NCBI GenBank assembly: GCA_003142535.1
Contig: PLMQ01000039.1
Location: forward strand, 394-51,966
Length of the DNA: 51,573 nt
Reading direction: 5' to 3'
DNA from: Syntrophaceae bacterium
Lineage (GTDB): Bacteria > Desulfobacterota > Syntrophia > Syntrophales > Smithellaceae
Below, one piece after another: positions 19,866-28,719 of this stretch. A program made the position numbers and the translations under genes. Below the pieces are notes generated by a model. It was not told the origin of the DNA. It saw nothing but the letters and a program-made list of their open reading frames with translations, and did no database searches. Each line of letters begins with the position of its first letter. Positions within the stretch are counted from its first letter, which is position 1.

Positions 19866-20693
19866 ATGCAACGTCTTAATGTAAAACAATCGCAGATTAG
19901 AGAATGCATTGAAAAATCCCTCTTTGCGGTAAATAAAGTGCCTCGTTTTCATAAAGGGGAAATTCTTCTATTACAGCTTGTAAAAGACGAGGCTAGGGAG
20001 TTTGGCAAATTGCAAGAGCGGATTGAATTTGCTCTTGTATATGATCGCTGCGAAATTGATCATACAGGCGTGATAAGCCGACAACATTGGCCACAGGCAG
20101 GAAAGACATGGGAATATATCCTCGTTTGTTCTGACACGATACCTACTATTCCGTTTAGCTTGGAAGATTTACCACTTTCAAAAAACTACGCCGGACAAAC
20201 TAATCCCCTAGCAATTAGCCAAGAAGACGAAGCTGTGATATCCTCCTATGTTTGGGGTAGATTGAATGGCTATGCACTTAGAGATACATTTGGTCCGAGT
20301 TTGGTTAAAGAGGCACTTGCTAACTATGATGTGGTAAACAAACCAGCACAACCAAGAAAAATCTTGATTCCTGAACATGAAGAATTCTATCGAGATACCT
20401 TGTTAGCTGAATCATTAAAATCTATCTATGATCACAGATGTCAGGTTTGTGGTATGAATTTTAAAATCAAGTACGAAAAACCATTTTCAGAAACGCACCA
20501 TATTCATTCTTTGAGTCAAGGCGGCTTGGATATCAGCAAAAACATTATCGTCATCTGTCCGAATCATCACCGAATAATCCATAAAACTAGTGCTGAATTT
20601 GATCGCGCAAAATTTTTATACAAATATCCAAATGGTTACGAAGAAAGGTTAATACTGGCAGACCACTTCGAACAAAAATCATTTTGGACGTAA
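19866..20693 (+). CDS. HNH endonuclease (McrA-like C-terminus) with uncharacterised N-terminal domain
   Basis: CQVC...ETHHIH..GG..N..CPNHH motif in the C-terminal third. Confidence 0.82.
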   Translation: MQRLNVKQSQIRECIEKSLFAVNKVPRFHKGEILLLQLVKDEAREFGKLQERIEFALVYDRCEIDHTGVISRQHWPQAGKTWEYILVCSDTIPTIPFSLEDLPLSKNYAGQTNPLAISQEDEAVISSYVWGRLNGYALRDTFGPSLVKEALANYDVVNKPAQPRKILIPEHEEFYRDTLLAESLKSIYDHRCQVCGMNFKIKYEKPFSETHHIHSLSQGGLDISKNIIVICPNHHRIIHKTSAEFDRAKFLYKYPNGYEERLILADHFEQKSFWT

Positions 20694-20752
20694 ACAGAAA
20701 TAATCGGGGATGGTTCGATTTAATTGTTTTAATTTTCTGGATTTACCCTAAA

Positions 20753-20806
20753 TAACCTGACCACCTGATACCCTGAAGGGCACAAGAGGTGGCAAGAGGT
20801 CACAAG
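20753..20806 (+). mobile_element. three nested copies of an 18-nt hairpin micro-element
   Basis: TAACCTGA[CCACCTGA[TACCCTGAAGGGCACAAG]AGGTGGCAAG]AGGTCACAAG = 3x18 nt. Confidence 0.8.
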
Positions 20807-20824
20807 CCGGAATGACGGCGGTGG

Positions 20825-20877
20825 CTGGATTCCCCGGTCACCCGGCATCCGCCGGGCAAGCGAGCCGGGGAATGACA
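20825..20877 (-). repeat. CGTC-type REP interrupted by a small hairpin insert
   Basis: ctggattccccggtca...agccggggaatgaca with cccggcatccgccgggcaag inside. Confidence 0.7.
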
Positions 20878-20928
20878 AATGGGATAAGACTTTCCAGCGG
20901 TTATTAATATTTTTAAGAAGGAAAAGCG

Positions 20929-22479
20929 ATGCGCCAAATCAAGAGTAAACGTTACGGCCAGGGGAATCAATTTAAAAGAATATATCTTGTCGCGCCGCGT
21001 CATCCGGATAATTTTTGGTCAATGCAAGGAACGGTCGAGCTTTTGGGCGCCAAGACCCTGATGCCCAATGCCGCTCTGGCCACGCTAATGGCTCTGACGC
21101 CATCTGGAATAAACGTAGAATATGTCTTATGCGATGAAAACGTCTCAGAGCTGGATTGGAACATGCCCTGTGATTTAGCCGTGATCACCGGCGCGACGTT
21201 GCATCAAAAAAGGATACGTGAGCTTTGCTCCGGCTTCCGGCAAAAGGGTATTCCAGTAGCGCTCGGCGGAGCTTATGCCAGCATTAATCATGATCTATGC
21301 ACTAATCTGGCTGATTTTCATTTTATCGGCGAGGCCGAATACACCTGGCCTGCTTTTCTGCAGCAATGGATTAAAGGCAACGCAATGTCTGTTTATCAAC
21401 AAAACACATACGTTGATTTAAAAGATAGCCCCGCGCCGGATTGGTCTCTGATTAATGCCAAAGATTATATTAATATCAGCGTGCAGACTTGCCGTGGCTG
21501 TCCCAAAAGCTGCGATTTTTGCGATGTTATTCAGTATGTGGGCCGAAAACCGCGCACCAAATCAGTGGAACAGGTAATGCGGGAAGTAAAAAATGCGCAT
21601 TTAATAGGCGCGCGCACTGTATTTTTTTCCGATGATAATTTTCTGGCCAATAAAGTATTTACGCAGCAGCTTCTTGCCGAATTAATCACATGGAATAAAG
21701 AACAGACCCGTCCGCTTTCATTTTCCACGCAGATTACCGTGGAAATAGCGGATGATGAAGAATTGCTGCGGATGTGCGCCGATGCCCGCTTTTCTGTTCT
21801 TTTTCTCGGTGTCGAGACCGTGCGGCGGGCAAGCCTGCTGGAGGTTAATAAAGGCCATAATTTAAAATATGATATTGACGAACGTGTGAACAAAATTTCC
21901 CGTTACGGCATTATGCCGTTTCTCGGTTTGATTGTTGGTTTCGATAATGATGATGAAAGCGTCTTCAATGAGCTCTACGATTTTATTGCTCGCACCAACA
22001 GCCCGATTGTCGGCATCAGCCTGCTTAATGCGCCTCGCCATACACCGCTCTTCAGTCGTCTGGAAAAGGAAGGCCGGCTCACGGGTGACGATTTTTCCGG
22101 TGAATGGCAGCTCTATACGAACATTGTTCCTAAACAGATGAGCCGCGCCACGCTTTTAAGCCATTATTGCGAGCTTTTTAAAAAAGTATACGATCCGGAA
22201 TTGTTCCATCATCGGCTCAATGGCTGGCTGAAGCAAGTTGATTACCAAAGTAATTTATATACGAATAAGAAGTTTGATCTCCGGCAATTATCGAATGGCC
22301 TGAAAATGATTATTTACTTTCTGCTTTTTGCCAAACCGGAAGCGAGGAAGCTTTTTCTGCAAAGTATGATAGGCACATGGAAAATAAATCCAAAACTTAT
22401 GAGACGGACATTTACATTCCTGGGGCAGTATCATCACTTCTATGAGTTTGTCCAAAAAAAATTACCCGAAAGGATTTAA
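20929..22479 (+). CDS. B12-binding radical SAM protein (DUF4070-like C-terminus)
   Basis: VALGGAYAS and FIGEAE B12-domain motifs; RGCPKSCDFC (CxxxCxxC); FSDDNF; LGVET. Confidence 0.87.
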   Translation: MRQIKSKRYGQGNQFKRIYLVAPRHPDNFWSMQGTVELLGAKTLMPNAALATLMALTPSGINVEYVLCDENVSELDWNMPCDLAVITGATLHQKRIRELCSGFRQKGIPVALGGAYASINHDLCTNLADFHFIGEAEYTWPAFLQQWIKGNAMSVYQQNTYVDLKDSPAPDWSLINAKDYINISVQTCRGCPKSCDFCDVIQYVGRKPRTKSVEQVMREVKNAHLIGARTVFFSDDNFLANKVFTQQLLAELITWNKEQTRPLSFSTQITVEIADDEELLRMCADARFSVLFLGVETVRRASLLEVNKGHNLKYDIDERVNKISRYGIMPFLGLIVGFDNDDESVFNELYDFIARTNSPIVGISLLNAPRHTPLFSRLEKEGRLTGDDFSGEWQLYTNIVPKQMSRATLLSHYCELFKKVYDPELFHHRLNGWLKQVDYQSNLYTNKKFDLRQLSNGLKMIIYFLLFAKPEARKLFLQSMIGTWKINPKLMRRTFTFLGQYHHFYEFVQKKLPERI

Positions 22480-22516
22480 TTTCATAGGAAAGACCCAGGG
22501 ACAGATATTGTCATTG

Positions 22517-22640
22517 GGCGTGGAGGGTCAACTCTTTGTCTTTGATCTTGACATTTGGCGACATTAAACGTGTATTGTATCTCGTGAAGCGCAAATAATA
22601 AAATCACATAGCACGTGAAGCGTAAAGTGCAAATAATGAA
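22517..22640 (+). repeat. repeat family D copy plus cgtgaag heptamer tract
   Basis: ggcgtggagggtcaa..tcttt..cttgacatttggc, repeated at 23477; followed by cgtgaagcg repeats. Confidence 0.7.
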
Positions 22641-22787
22641 AAGTCATTTGTCTCTCGTGTGTTTATTCCGGGGACATAACACCTATTTCTACAGCCGATA
22701 AGTCCAGCCATTCCTGGCTTTTCGGCGGACAATAATTTTTTTTAAACCGTTTTTGAGGATGTATCAACATCTTCTCGTTATCCTCAT

Positions 22788-22816
22788 TTGACATGCCCAA
22801 CAGGAAGTTGTAGAGT
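22788..22816 (+). promoter_or_regulatory. sigma70 promoter of nitroreductase
   Basis: TTGACA-17bp-TAGAGT upstream of the GGAGGT RBS. Confidence 0.55.
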
Positions 22817-22848
22817 TCTCCTCGTAATACTTTCAGGGAGGTGCCACA

Positions 22849-23454
22849 GTGGAATTATCAGACGTTATCGCTTCACGCAGGAGCATTCGTAAATTCAGGC
22901 AGGAGGATATTTCAGCTGATACAGTCCGCCTGCTTCTGGATGCCGCGCGGCTTGCCCCTTCGGGATCAAACCTTCAGCCCGCGCGCTTCATCGTCGTTCA
23001 ATCACCCGCCGCCAAAGAGGCTCTTGGCCGGTTTACGCCCTATAAGTTTATTGTCAAGGCAGCGGTTATTTTTGTCTGCTGCGCCGATCTGACGGCCATG
23101 ACAACAAGAGATAACCGCATCGGAGAACTCTTTCAAGAAGGCGTCTTTGAAGGTGTCGAGATAGATACGAGTGATGCTTCAATCACCACTAGCCCTATCA
23201 TGGCTGCGGAAGCGGTTAAGGCCTATCTATCTATGAATGTAGCGATTGCTATAGAGCACATCGTTCTTAAGGCCGTTGATCTGGGTCTGGGCAGTTGCTG
23301 GCTGGGAAGGTTTGATCGCGATAAGGTAAAGGAGTTTCTGGCGCAAGACGATAGTATCTACCCGATTGTGCTTCTGCCTGTGGGGTATCCTGATCAATCA
23401 CCCAAGGCCAGACCGCGTATAGCTTTGGACAAGTTGGTGCTGAAGACAATCTAA
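22849..23454 (+). CDS. nitroreductase family protein
   Basis: RRSIRKF, APSGSNLQP, LGLGSCW, VGYP and PR motifs; GTG start after GGAGG. Confidence 0.92.
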   Translation: MELSDVIASRRSIRKFRQEDISADTVRLLLDAARLAPSGSNLQPARFIVVQSPAAKEALGRFTPYKFIVKAAVIFVCCADLTAMTTRDNRIGELFQEGVFEGVEIDTSDASITTSPIMAAEAVKAYLSMNVAIAIEHIVLKAVDLGLGSCWLGRFDRDKVKEFLAQDDSIYPIVLLPVGYPDQSPKARPRIALDKLVLKTI

Positions 23455-23476
23455 GCCAATCCCAAATTTCAATAAA

Positions 23477-23550
23477 GGCGTGGAGGGTCAAATCTTTTTT
23501 CTTGGCAATTGGCAATCCAAAAATCGTAAAGCGTGAAACGTGAAGCGTAT
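23477..23550 (+). repeat. repeat family D copy plus heptamer tract
   Basis: ggcgtggagggtcaaatcttt..cttggcaattggc, then cgtaaag-cgtgaaa-cgtgaag. Confidence 0.7.
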
Positions 23551-23732
23551 AGGGCAAGGACATGGTGGGCAATGACAGCGGAGATAAAAATATTTTCTAT
23601 TTTTTGACTCTCTCGAGCGCGAAAACGACGGCGTTATCAGTGTCAAGGCACTGCAATTCTTTTTTCATTCAGTCATCCAGTTCTTGACAATAACCGTATA
23701 TTTGAAGTATTTAATACCGAAAGGGAGGAAAT

Positions 23733-24158
23733 ATGCCGCCGGACGACCAGGTATCCCGATATGAAATCAACCGGAACGTTAGGATGGTTCTCACGCGCCA
23801 TGATGTAGATCTGACAAGGATAGACTACTCCTTTATGGGTAGTACGGTTTATCTCTACGGTGAGCTGGTCCGGCCAGACAGGGATTATTTCGCTAAGGAG
23901 ATCGATTTCATTGTTGGGGAAATTGCCGCCTTACCCCACGTGCGTGATATCCAATTTGACCTCAACAACTGGTTAGTGATCCCTTCGGGGAATTCCTGGC
24001 GGATAACCAAAACAGGGAAATCCGCCGTGACGCGCGCGGCAGGCTCTTTGGCAGATTCCACCGTCGTTATCGATAAGGCGGAAAAGCTAACGGATGTTCT
24101 GAATGATCTTGCACCGGACTCAAAAAAAGAAGATGACGCGCCGACCCATCACAAGTAA
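23733..24158 (+). CDS. hypothetical protein, possible BON-like fold
   Basis: GGAGG RBS; helix-strand-strand(G.VYLYG)-helix-strand pattern reminiscent of BON; low-complexity tail. Confidence 0.6.
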   Translation: MPPDDQVSRYEINRNVRMVLTRHDVDLTRIDYSFMGSTVYLYGELVRPDRDYFAKEIDFIVGEIAALPHVRDIQFDLNNWLVIPSGNSWRITKTGKSAVTRAAGSLADSTVVIDKAEKLTDVLNDLAPDSKKEDDAPTHHK

Positions 24159-24450
24159 GACCGTCTCATCGTTTCAATCCGGGAGCATCATTCATGACGT
24201 TTAAGTCTTCTATCCTTACTCCTCTTACCCTGATTATATGTTTTTTTTCTTCTGTACCGGCCCCGGGTAAATTGGGTCAGCGCCATATTTTTTTCTTTCT
24301 TAATACTTGAATTCGATTTTGACATTACAAGTTAATAAAGACCTACGACATGCAAGGCTTGCCGGTATCACAATAAAGGATTATCTCTTTATTCAAATCT
24401 TTACCTGCCGCTATTCAGCAAGGCAGGCAAAAGGCAATACGACGTTCTCT

Positions 24451-24479
24451 TTGACATGAAAGATATTAGATGGTAGGTT
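24451..24479 (+). promoter_or_regulatory. sigma70 promoter of resB-ccsB
   Basis: TTGACA-17bp-TAGGTT with extended -10 TG. Confidence 0.5.
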
Positions 24480-24515
24480 TCATTAAATATTAACGCGTAC
24501 AAGGAGCATGTTAAG

Positions 24516-25898
24516 TTGTCGCTAAAGAAAAACTCCCTGTGGTCATTTTTCTCTTCCGTAAAACTGACAATTACCCTTCTTGCGCTAATTGTTCTTGTCT
24601 TCATTGCAGCTACCTTCTTGCCTGCGTATGAAGTATTTCAAACATTTACTAAGCAGCTTTCACCGGGTGCGGCTAAAGTTTTTCTCTTTTTGCAGTTGTC
24701 CGATCTTTATCATTCTCCGCTATTCTATTTCCTGATGACCCTTCTATCGCTCAACCTTATAATCTGTTCCATAAATCGTTTCCCCGCATTATGGAAGCAA
24801 TACAAGGCTCCGCATTTTCCGGAACCGGCTGGCATCTTCGATAGTCTTCCTCAGAGCCAGATTATTACAGGAAATAAAGAAATCAGTAAAATAAAACCAA
24901 TCGTAGCATCGTGCCTGAAAAAAAATTATGGTTCCAGCAAAGAAGCTGATACGGAAAGAGGATACCTTTTTTATGCTGAAAGGGGGCGGCTCTCTCTCTT
25001 TGGCGTTTACATTGTTCACCTGAGCATTTTAGTGATGATTGCCGGAGCGATTATCGGCTCCATCTTTGGGCTCACGGCCGATATCAATATTAAAGAAGGC
25101 GAATCCGTCAATGTTGCCACTCTTTCAAAAGGCAATGGAATACATAAGCTGGATTTTTCAGTCCGTTGCGATAAATTTATTGTTGAATTTTACGAAGATG
25201 GCACTCCAAAAACTTACCGCTCTGACTTAAGCTTTATTAAAAATGGACAAGTTGAGAGGCAGGGAACGCTGCTGGTCAATCACCCCATCAGCTTCGATGG
25301 GTTTCGTTTCTACCAGTATAGCTATGGTGCAGCGCCGGATATCAAGGCAATAGTCACGTACACAACCGCCGGTAAGAAGGGCGGCTCAATGGCGCTCGCT
25401 GCCGGAGATACCTTTGATTTACCGGGCAGCAAAGCCAGGGGCTTTGTCTTGCGTGTTGAAGAAAATATTATGCAGCGGGGACCAGCCATCAAGTTGAGAA
25501 TTATTTCACCAAAAAAGGATATCCAGTTCTGGGTGTTTCAGCAACTTGACCAGCTCATAGCCATGAATCCCAACCTCTTGACTGAAGTGCCTATGTTCAA
25601 TCCCGGTCTTTTCACGCCCTTTGTTTTTTCCATCGACCGGATCGAACAACATTATTACACCGGTTTGCACCTCGTCCGTGATCCCGGTGTACCTCTTGTT
25701 GCACTGGGAGGATTGCTCATGATTGCCGGTATGATAATCGTCTTTCTTATGTCGTATCAGCGTTTTTGGGTGCGGATGAAACAAGAAGGAGCAAAAATCA
25801 GCATTAGCATTGCCGGCTGGAGCAACCGGAATAACCAGCAACTACAAAATAAAATCGATTATTTATGCAGGCGAATCAAAGAGGAGATAAAAGCATGA
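24516..25898 (+). CDS. resB: cytochrome c biogenesis protein ResB/Ccs1
   Basis: FFSSVKL, DLYHS, YIVHLS (conserved His), VNHP, YQ and TGL..RDPG motifs; TTG start after AAGGAG. Confidence 0.88.
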   Translation: MSLKKNSLWSFFSSVKLTITLLALIVLVFIAATFLPAYEVFQTFTKQLSPGAAKVFLFLQLSDLYHSPLFYFLMTLLSLNLIICSINRFPALWKQYKAPHFPEPAGIFDSLPQSQIITGNKEISKIKPIVASCLKKNYGSSKEADTERGYLFYAERGRLSLFGVYIVHLSILVMIAGAIIGSIFGLTADINIKEGESVNVATLSKGNGIHKLDFSVRCDKFIVEFYEDGTPKTYRSDLSFIKNGQVERQGTLLVNHPISFDGFRFYQYSYGAAPDIKAIVTYTTAGKKGGSMALAAGDTFDLPGSKARGFVLRVEENIMQRGPAIKLRIISPKKDIQFWVFQQLDQLIAMNPNLLTEVPMFNPGLFTPFVFSIDRIEQHYYTGLHLVRDPGVPLVALGGLLMIAGMIIVFLMSYQRFWVRMKQEGAKISISIAGWSNRNNQQLQNKIDYLCRRIKEEIKA

Positions 25899-26743
25899 AC
25901 CACACGATGATTTTAAGCTGGGTGACTTTTATCTATTTTGCTTCCTTTGTTTTATATCTGTTCAGGTTGATTAGCGGAAAAGAATTTTGGGGGCGCGCCG
26001 CTTCATTTTTAGCATGGGTGGGACTCGCCGCACAAACGATTGCCCTGCTTCTAAGATGGAAAAACTCTTACGATCTGGGCATGGGACATGTGCCCCTGGC
26101 CAACCTTTACGAATCCATGATTTTCTTTGCCTGGGCCATTATTCTGATTTATCTGATTATTGAATGGCGGACTAAAAGCAAGATCATCGGCGCCTTTGTT
26201 GTGCCGATGGCATTTCTGGCTATGGCCTATGCATCCATCTCGCCCGACATCAACAATCGCATCGCGCCGCTTATCCCTGCCCTGCAAAGCAATTGGCTCA
26301 CAAGCCACGTCGTAACCTGCTTTATGGGTTATGCGGCCTTTGCCATTGCCTTTGGCTGCGGCTTAATCTATCTGCTGAAAAATATGGAAAAGGGTGATGT
26401 AGAAAAACCAGCGGGCTTTCTCGGCAGACTCCCTGCTCTGGCAACACTGGATACATTAATTTATCAGAGTACCGCTCTTGGTTTTGTCTTTCTCACCATC
26501 GGAATCATGACTGGTTCCATTTGGGCGCATTACGCCTGGGGCTCTTACTGGAGCTGGGACCCCAAAGAGACGTGGTCGCTTATCACCTGGCTTATCTATG
26601 CAATTATGCTGCATTCGCGGTTTGTCCGGGGCTGGCGGGGAAAGCGCATGGCCATCCTTGCCCTCATCGGGTTTGCCTGTGTTCTGTTCACCTACCTTGG
26701 CGTCAATTATCTTCCCGGCATGCACAGCTATCTCCAGGCATAA
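25895..26743 (+). CDS. ccsB: cytochrome c biogenesis protein CcsB (ResC/CcsA family)
   Basis: PLANLYES, PALQSNWL..H, WGSYWSWDPKETW (WWD domain), GMHSY. Confidence 0.92.
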   Translation: MNHTMILSWVTFIYFASFVLYLFRLISGKEFWGRAASFLAWVGLAAQTIALLLRWKNSYDLGMGHVPLANLYESMIFFAWAIILIYLIIEWRTKSKIIGAFVVPMAFLAMAYASISPDINNRIAPLIPALQSNWLTSHVVTCFMGYAAFAIAFGCGLIYLLKNMEKGDVEKPAGFLGRLPALATLDTLIYQSTALGFVFLTIGIMTGSIWAHYAWGSYWSWDPKETWSLITWLIYAIMLHSRFVRGWRGKRMAILALIGFACVLFTYLGVNYLPGMHSYLQA

Positions 26744-26857
26744 ACCAATCTTAATCAAAACTTACATAAGATTATAAAATTTGATAGATAATCGTCGACT
26801 GTTCTATTTAAATTCCTTATCAGCCCTGGTTTTCCTTTGATAGTAGCTTACCGCAGC

Positions 26858-28663
26858 TTAATCAAATTCATCCGCAATATACAGGTCATTAATCAAATTG
26901 CCATACCGCTCAAGAACAAAGCGCCGCTTGAGTTTCATGGTTTGTGTTTGCATCCCGTTATCTACGCTGAAATCTTCATCCACAAAGGCGATTTTTTTCG
27001 GGATTTCATAACCCCCGAATTTTTTCCTCAGGTGATTGGCTATTCCCAATGATATCAGCTTCTTCACCTGATTGCTGTGGAGAAGGTCGCTTAAATCAAT
27101 TGAGAGGTTTACTTCTTTTGCCAGTTTTTCCATGACGGGGATATTGGGCACTATCAATGCTACATTGTAGGGCTTACCGTCGCCGTACACCATTACATTC
27201 GTAATGTAAGGAAGCAACTTAATCTCTTCCTCAATATTTGCCGGGAAGACATATTTGCCGTTGGTTAATTTATATTCTTCCTTAAAGCGTCCGGTGATGT
27301 AAAGGAATCCGTCCTTGTCGAGCCTTCCCCTGTCGCCGCTGCGGATTCCGCCGTACGCCATCATTATTTCCGCTGTCTTCTCCGGCTTGTTATGATACCC
27401 CTGCATGACGTTGGGGCCATAGATGACGATTTCTCCTTCATCGCTGCCGTCATCCACTTTTGATTTATCAATAACGATGTCTATATCTTCCATAGCCTTG
27501 CCCACCGATCCCGACCGGTAGCGGGTCGAATGGCTCATCGTGACAGCAGGGCTCGTCTCCGTCATTCCATAACAATCATACACCGGTATGCCGATGGCAA
27601 AAAAGAATTCGGCAATCTCCGGATTCATCTTCGCGCTGGCCGTGAGTGCTCCCTTTAGCCTGCCGCCAAACTTCGCACGTATTTTTTTCAGAACAATTTT
27701 ATCAAGCAGAATATACTTTAATGTTGTCTTGCCTGTTTTAAGATGCGTTAGCGCCGCTTCCAGCGCCATATTGAACAGTTTAAGTTTCCAACCGCCCTCG
27801 GCGTGAATGCTTTCCATTATCTTTGCATGCACCTTGTTGAAAACGCGGGGGACGGATATCAAATATGTCGGCGCCACCTTTGCCATATCTTCCGCAAGGT
27901 TATCGAGCGTATCCATGAAGGCGATTGCGCCGCCGAACTGAATCCAGTTGTTTAATTCCGCGGAGAAGCCGTAGCTGTGTGCCCAGGGGAGGTGAGAAAA
28001 GGAAAGGGAATGTGCCTGCAATTCCTGAAAGATATGCCATCCCGCCCGGCTGCAGCTGGTGCAGTTCCCATGAGAAAGGAGAGTACCTTTGGGTTCACCC
28101 GTTGTCCCGCTCGTGTATATCAAAACGGCGATATCGTTACACGAAGGATAAACCGCGGGGATTGGATGCTGTCTGCCTTTATTTTCCAAAGCCGCGAGGG
28201 TGTTTTCTCCTTCTCCTTCAATAAGAATAACATGCTTTAATGAGGGTATTTCCCGGGGAAGATTTTTCAGCTTCTCATAAATTTCTCCGGTTGATACAAA
28301 AAGAACTTTAATCTCCGCATCACGGATGATGTAACGCCAGACGGAGAGCAATTCCTTTTCATACATGGGCACAAAACGTGCGGCCAGTCCGTAAGTAGCA
28401 AATGCACAAACGACCCATTCCACCCGGTTGCCGGCAATAATCCCCACGGCGTCATTCTTTCCCACACCGATCGCGGCAAGCCCCGCCCGTGCGGCATTAA
28501 CGCGCTCACCTACCCGTCTGTAGGTAACCCATTCATAAACGCCGGATTTGTTTTTTGTTCCCAGAAATTTATTATTGGAAAATTTATTGAATGCATTTTC
28601 AAATGATTCTACCAGATTATCCGGCTTTTCGTATGTTCCGTTCCAGGAGCGTTGAAATGTCAT
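26858..28663 (-). CDS. long-chain fatty-acid--CoA ligase (FAA1/ACSL type)
   Basis: YTSGTTGEPKG, LPWAHSY, VPRVFNK, YGMTET, SGDRG, TMKLKR. Confidence 0.92.
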   Translation of the reverse strand: MTFQRSWNGTYEKPDNLVESFENAFNKFSNNKFLGTKNKSGVYEWVTYRRVGERVNAARAGLAAIGVGKNDAVGIIAGNRVEWVVCAFATYGLAARFVPMYEKELLSVWRYIIRDAEIKVLFVSTGEIYEKLKNLPREIPSLKHVILIEGEGENTLAALENKGRQHPIPAVYPSCNDIAVLIYTSGTTGEPKGTLLSHGNCTSCSRAGWHIFQELQAHSLSFSHLPWAHSYGFSAELNNWIQFGGAIAFMDTLDNLAEDMAKVAPTYLISVPRVFNKVHAKIMESIHAEGGWKLKLFNMALEAALTHLKTGKTTLKYILLDKIVLKKIRAKFGGRLKGALTASAKMNPEIAEFFFAIGIPVYDCYGMTETSPAVTMSHSTRYRSGSVGKAMEDIDIVIDKSKVDDGSDEGEIVIYGPNVMQGYHNKPEKTAEIMMAYGGIRSGDRGRLDKDGFLYITGRFKEEYKLTNGKYVFPANIEEEIKLLPYITNVMVYGDGKPYNVALIVPNIPVMEKLAKEVNLSIDLSDLLHSNQVKKLISLGIANHLRKKFGGYEIPKKIAFVDEDFSVDNGMQTQTMKLKRRFVLERYGNLINDLYIADEFD

Positions 28664-28719
28664 GTTCTCTCACCTGTTCTATTTATGCCGCCAGTAAGTA
28701 ACTGGCAAAAAACGCCGCA

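Noticed and set aside
19473-19952. Short ORFs 19473-19724 and 19701-19952
   Set aside because: AT-rich, repeat-containing spacer; no recognisable protein features
26757-26786. dif site (ttatgtaagtt on the minus strand)
   Set aside because: Only a XerD-like arm; no ATAA-ending XerC arm at 6-bp spacing
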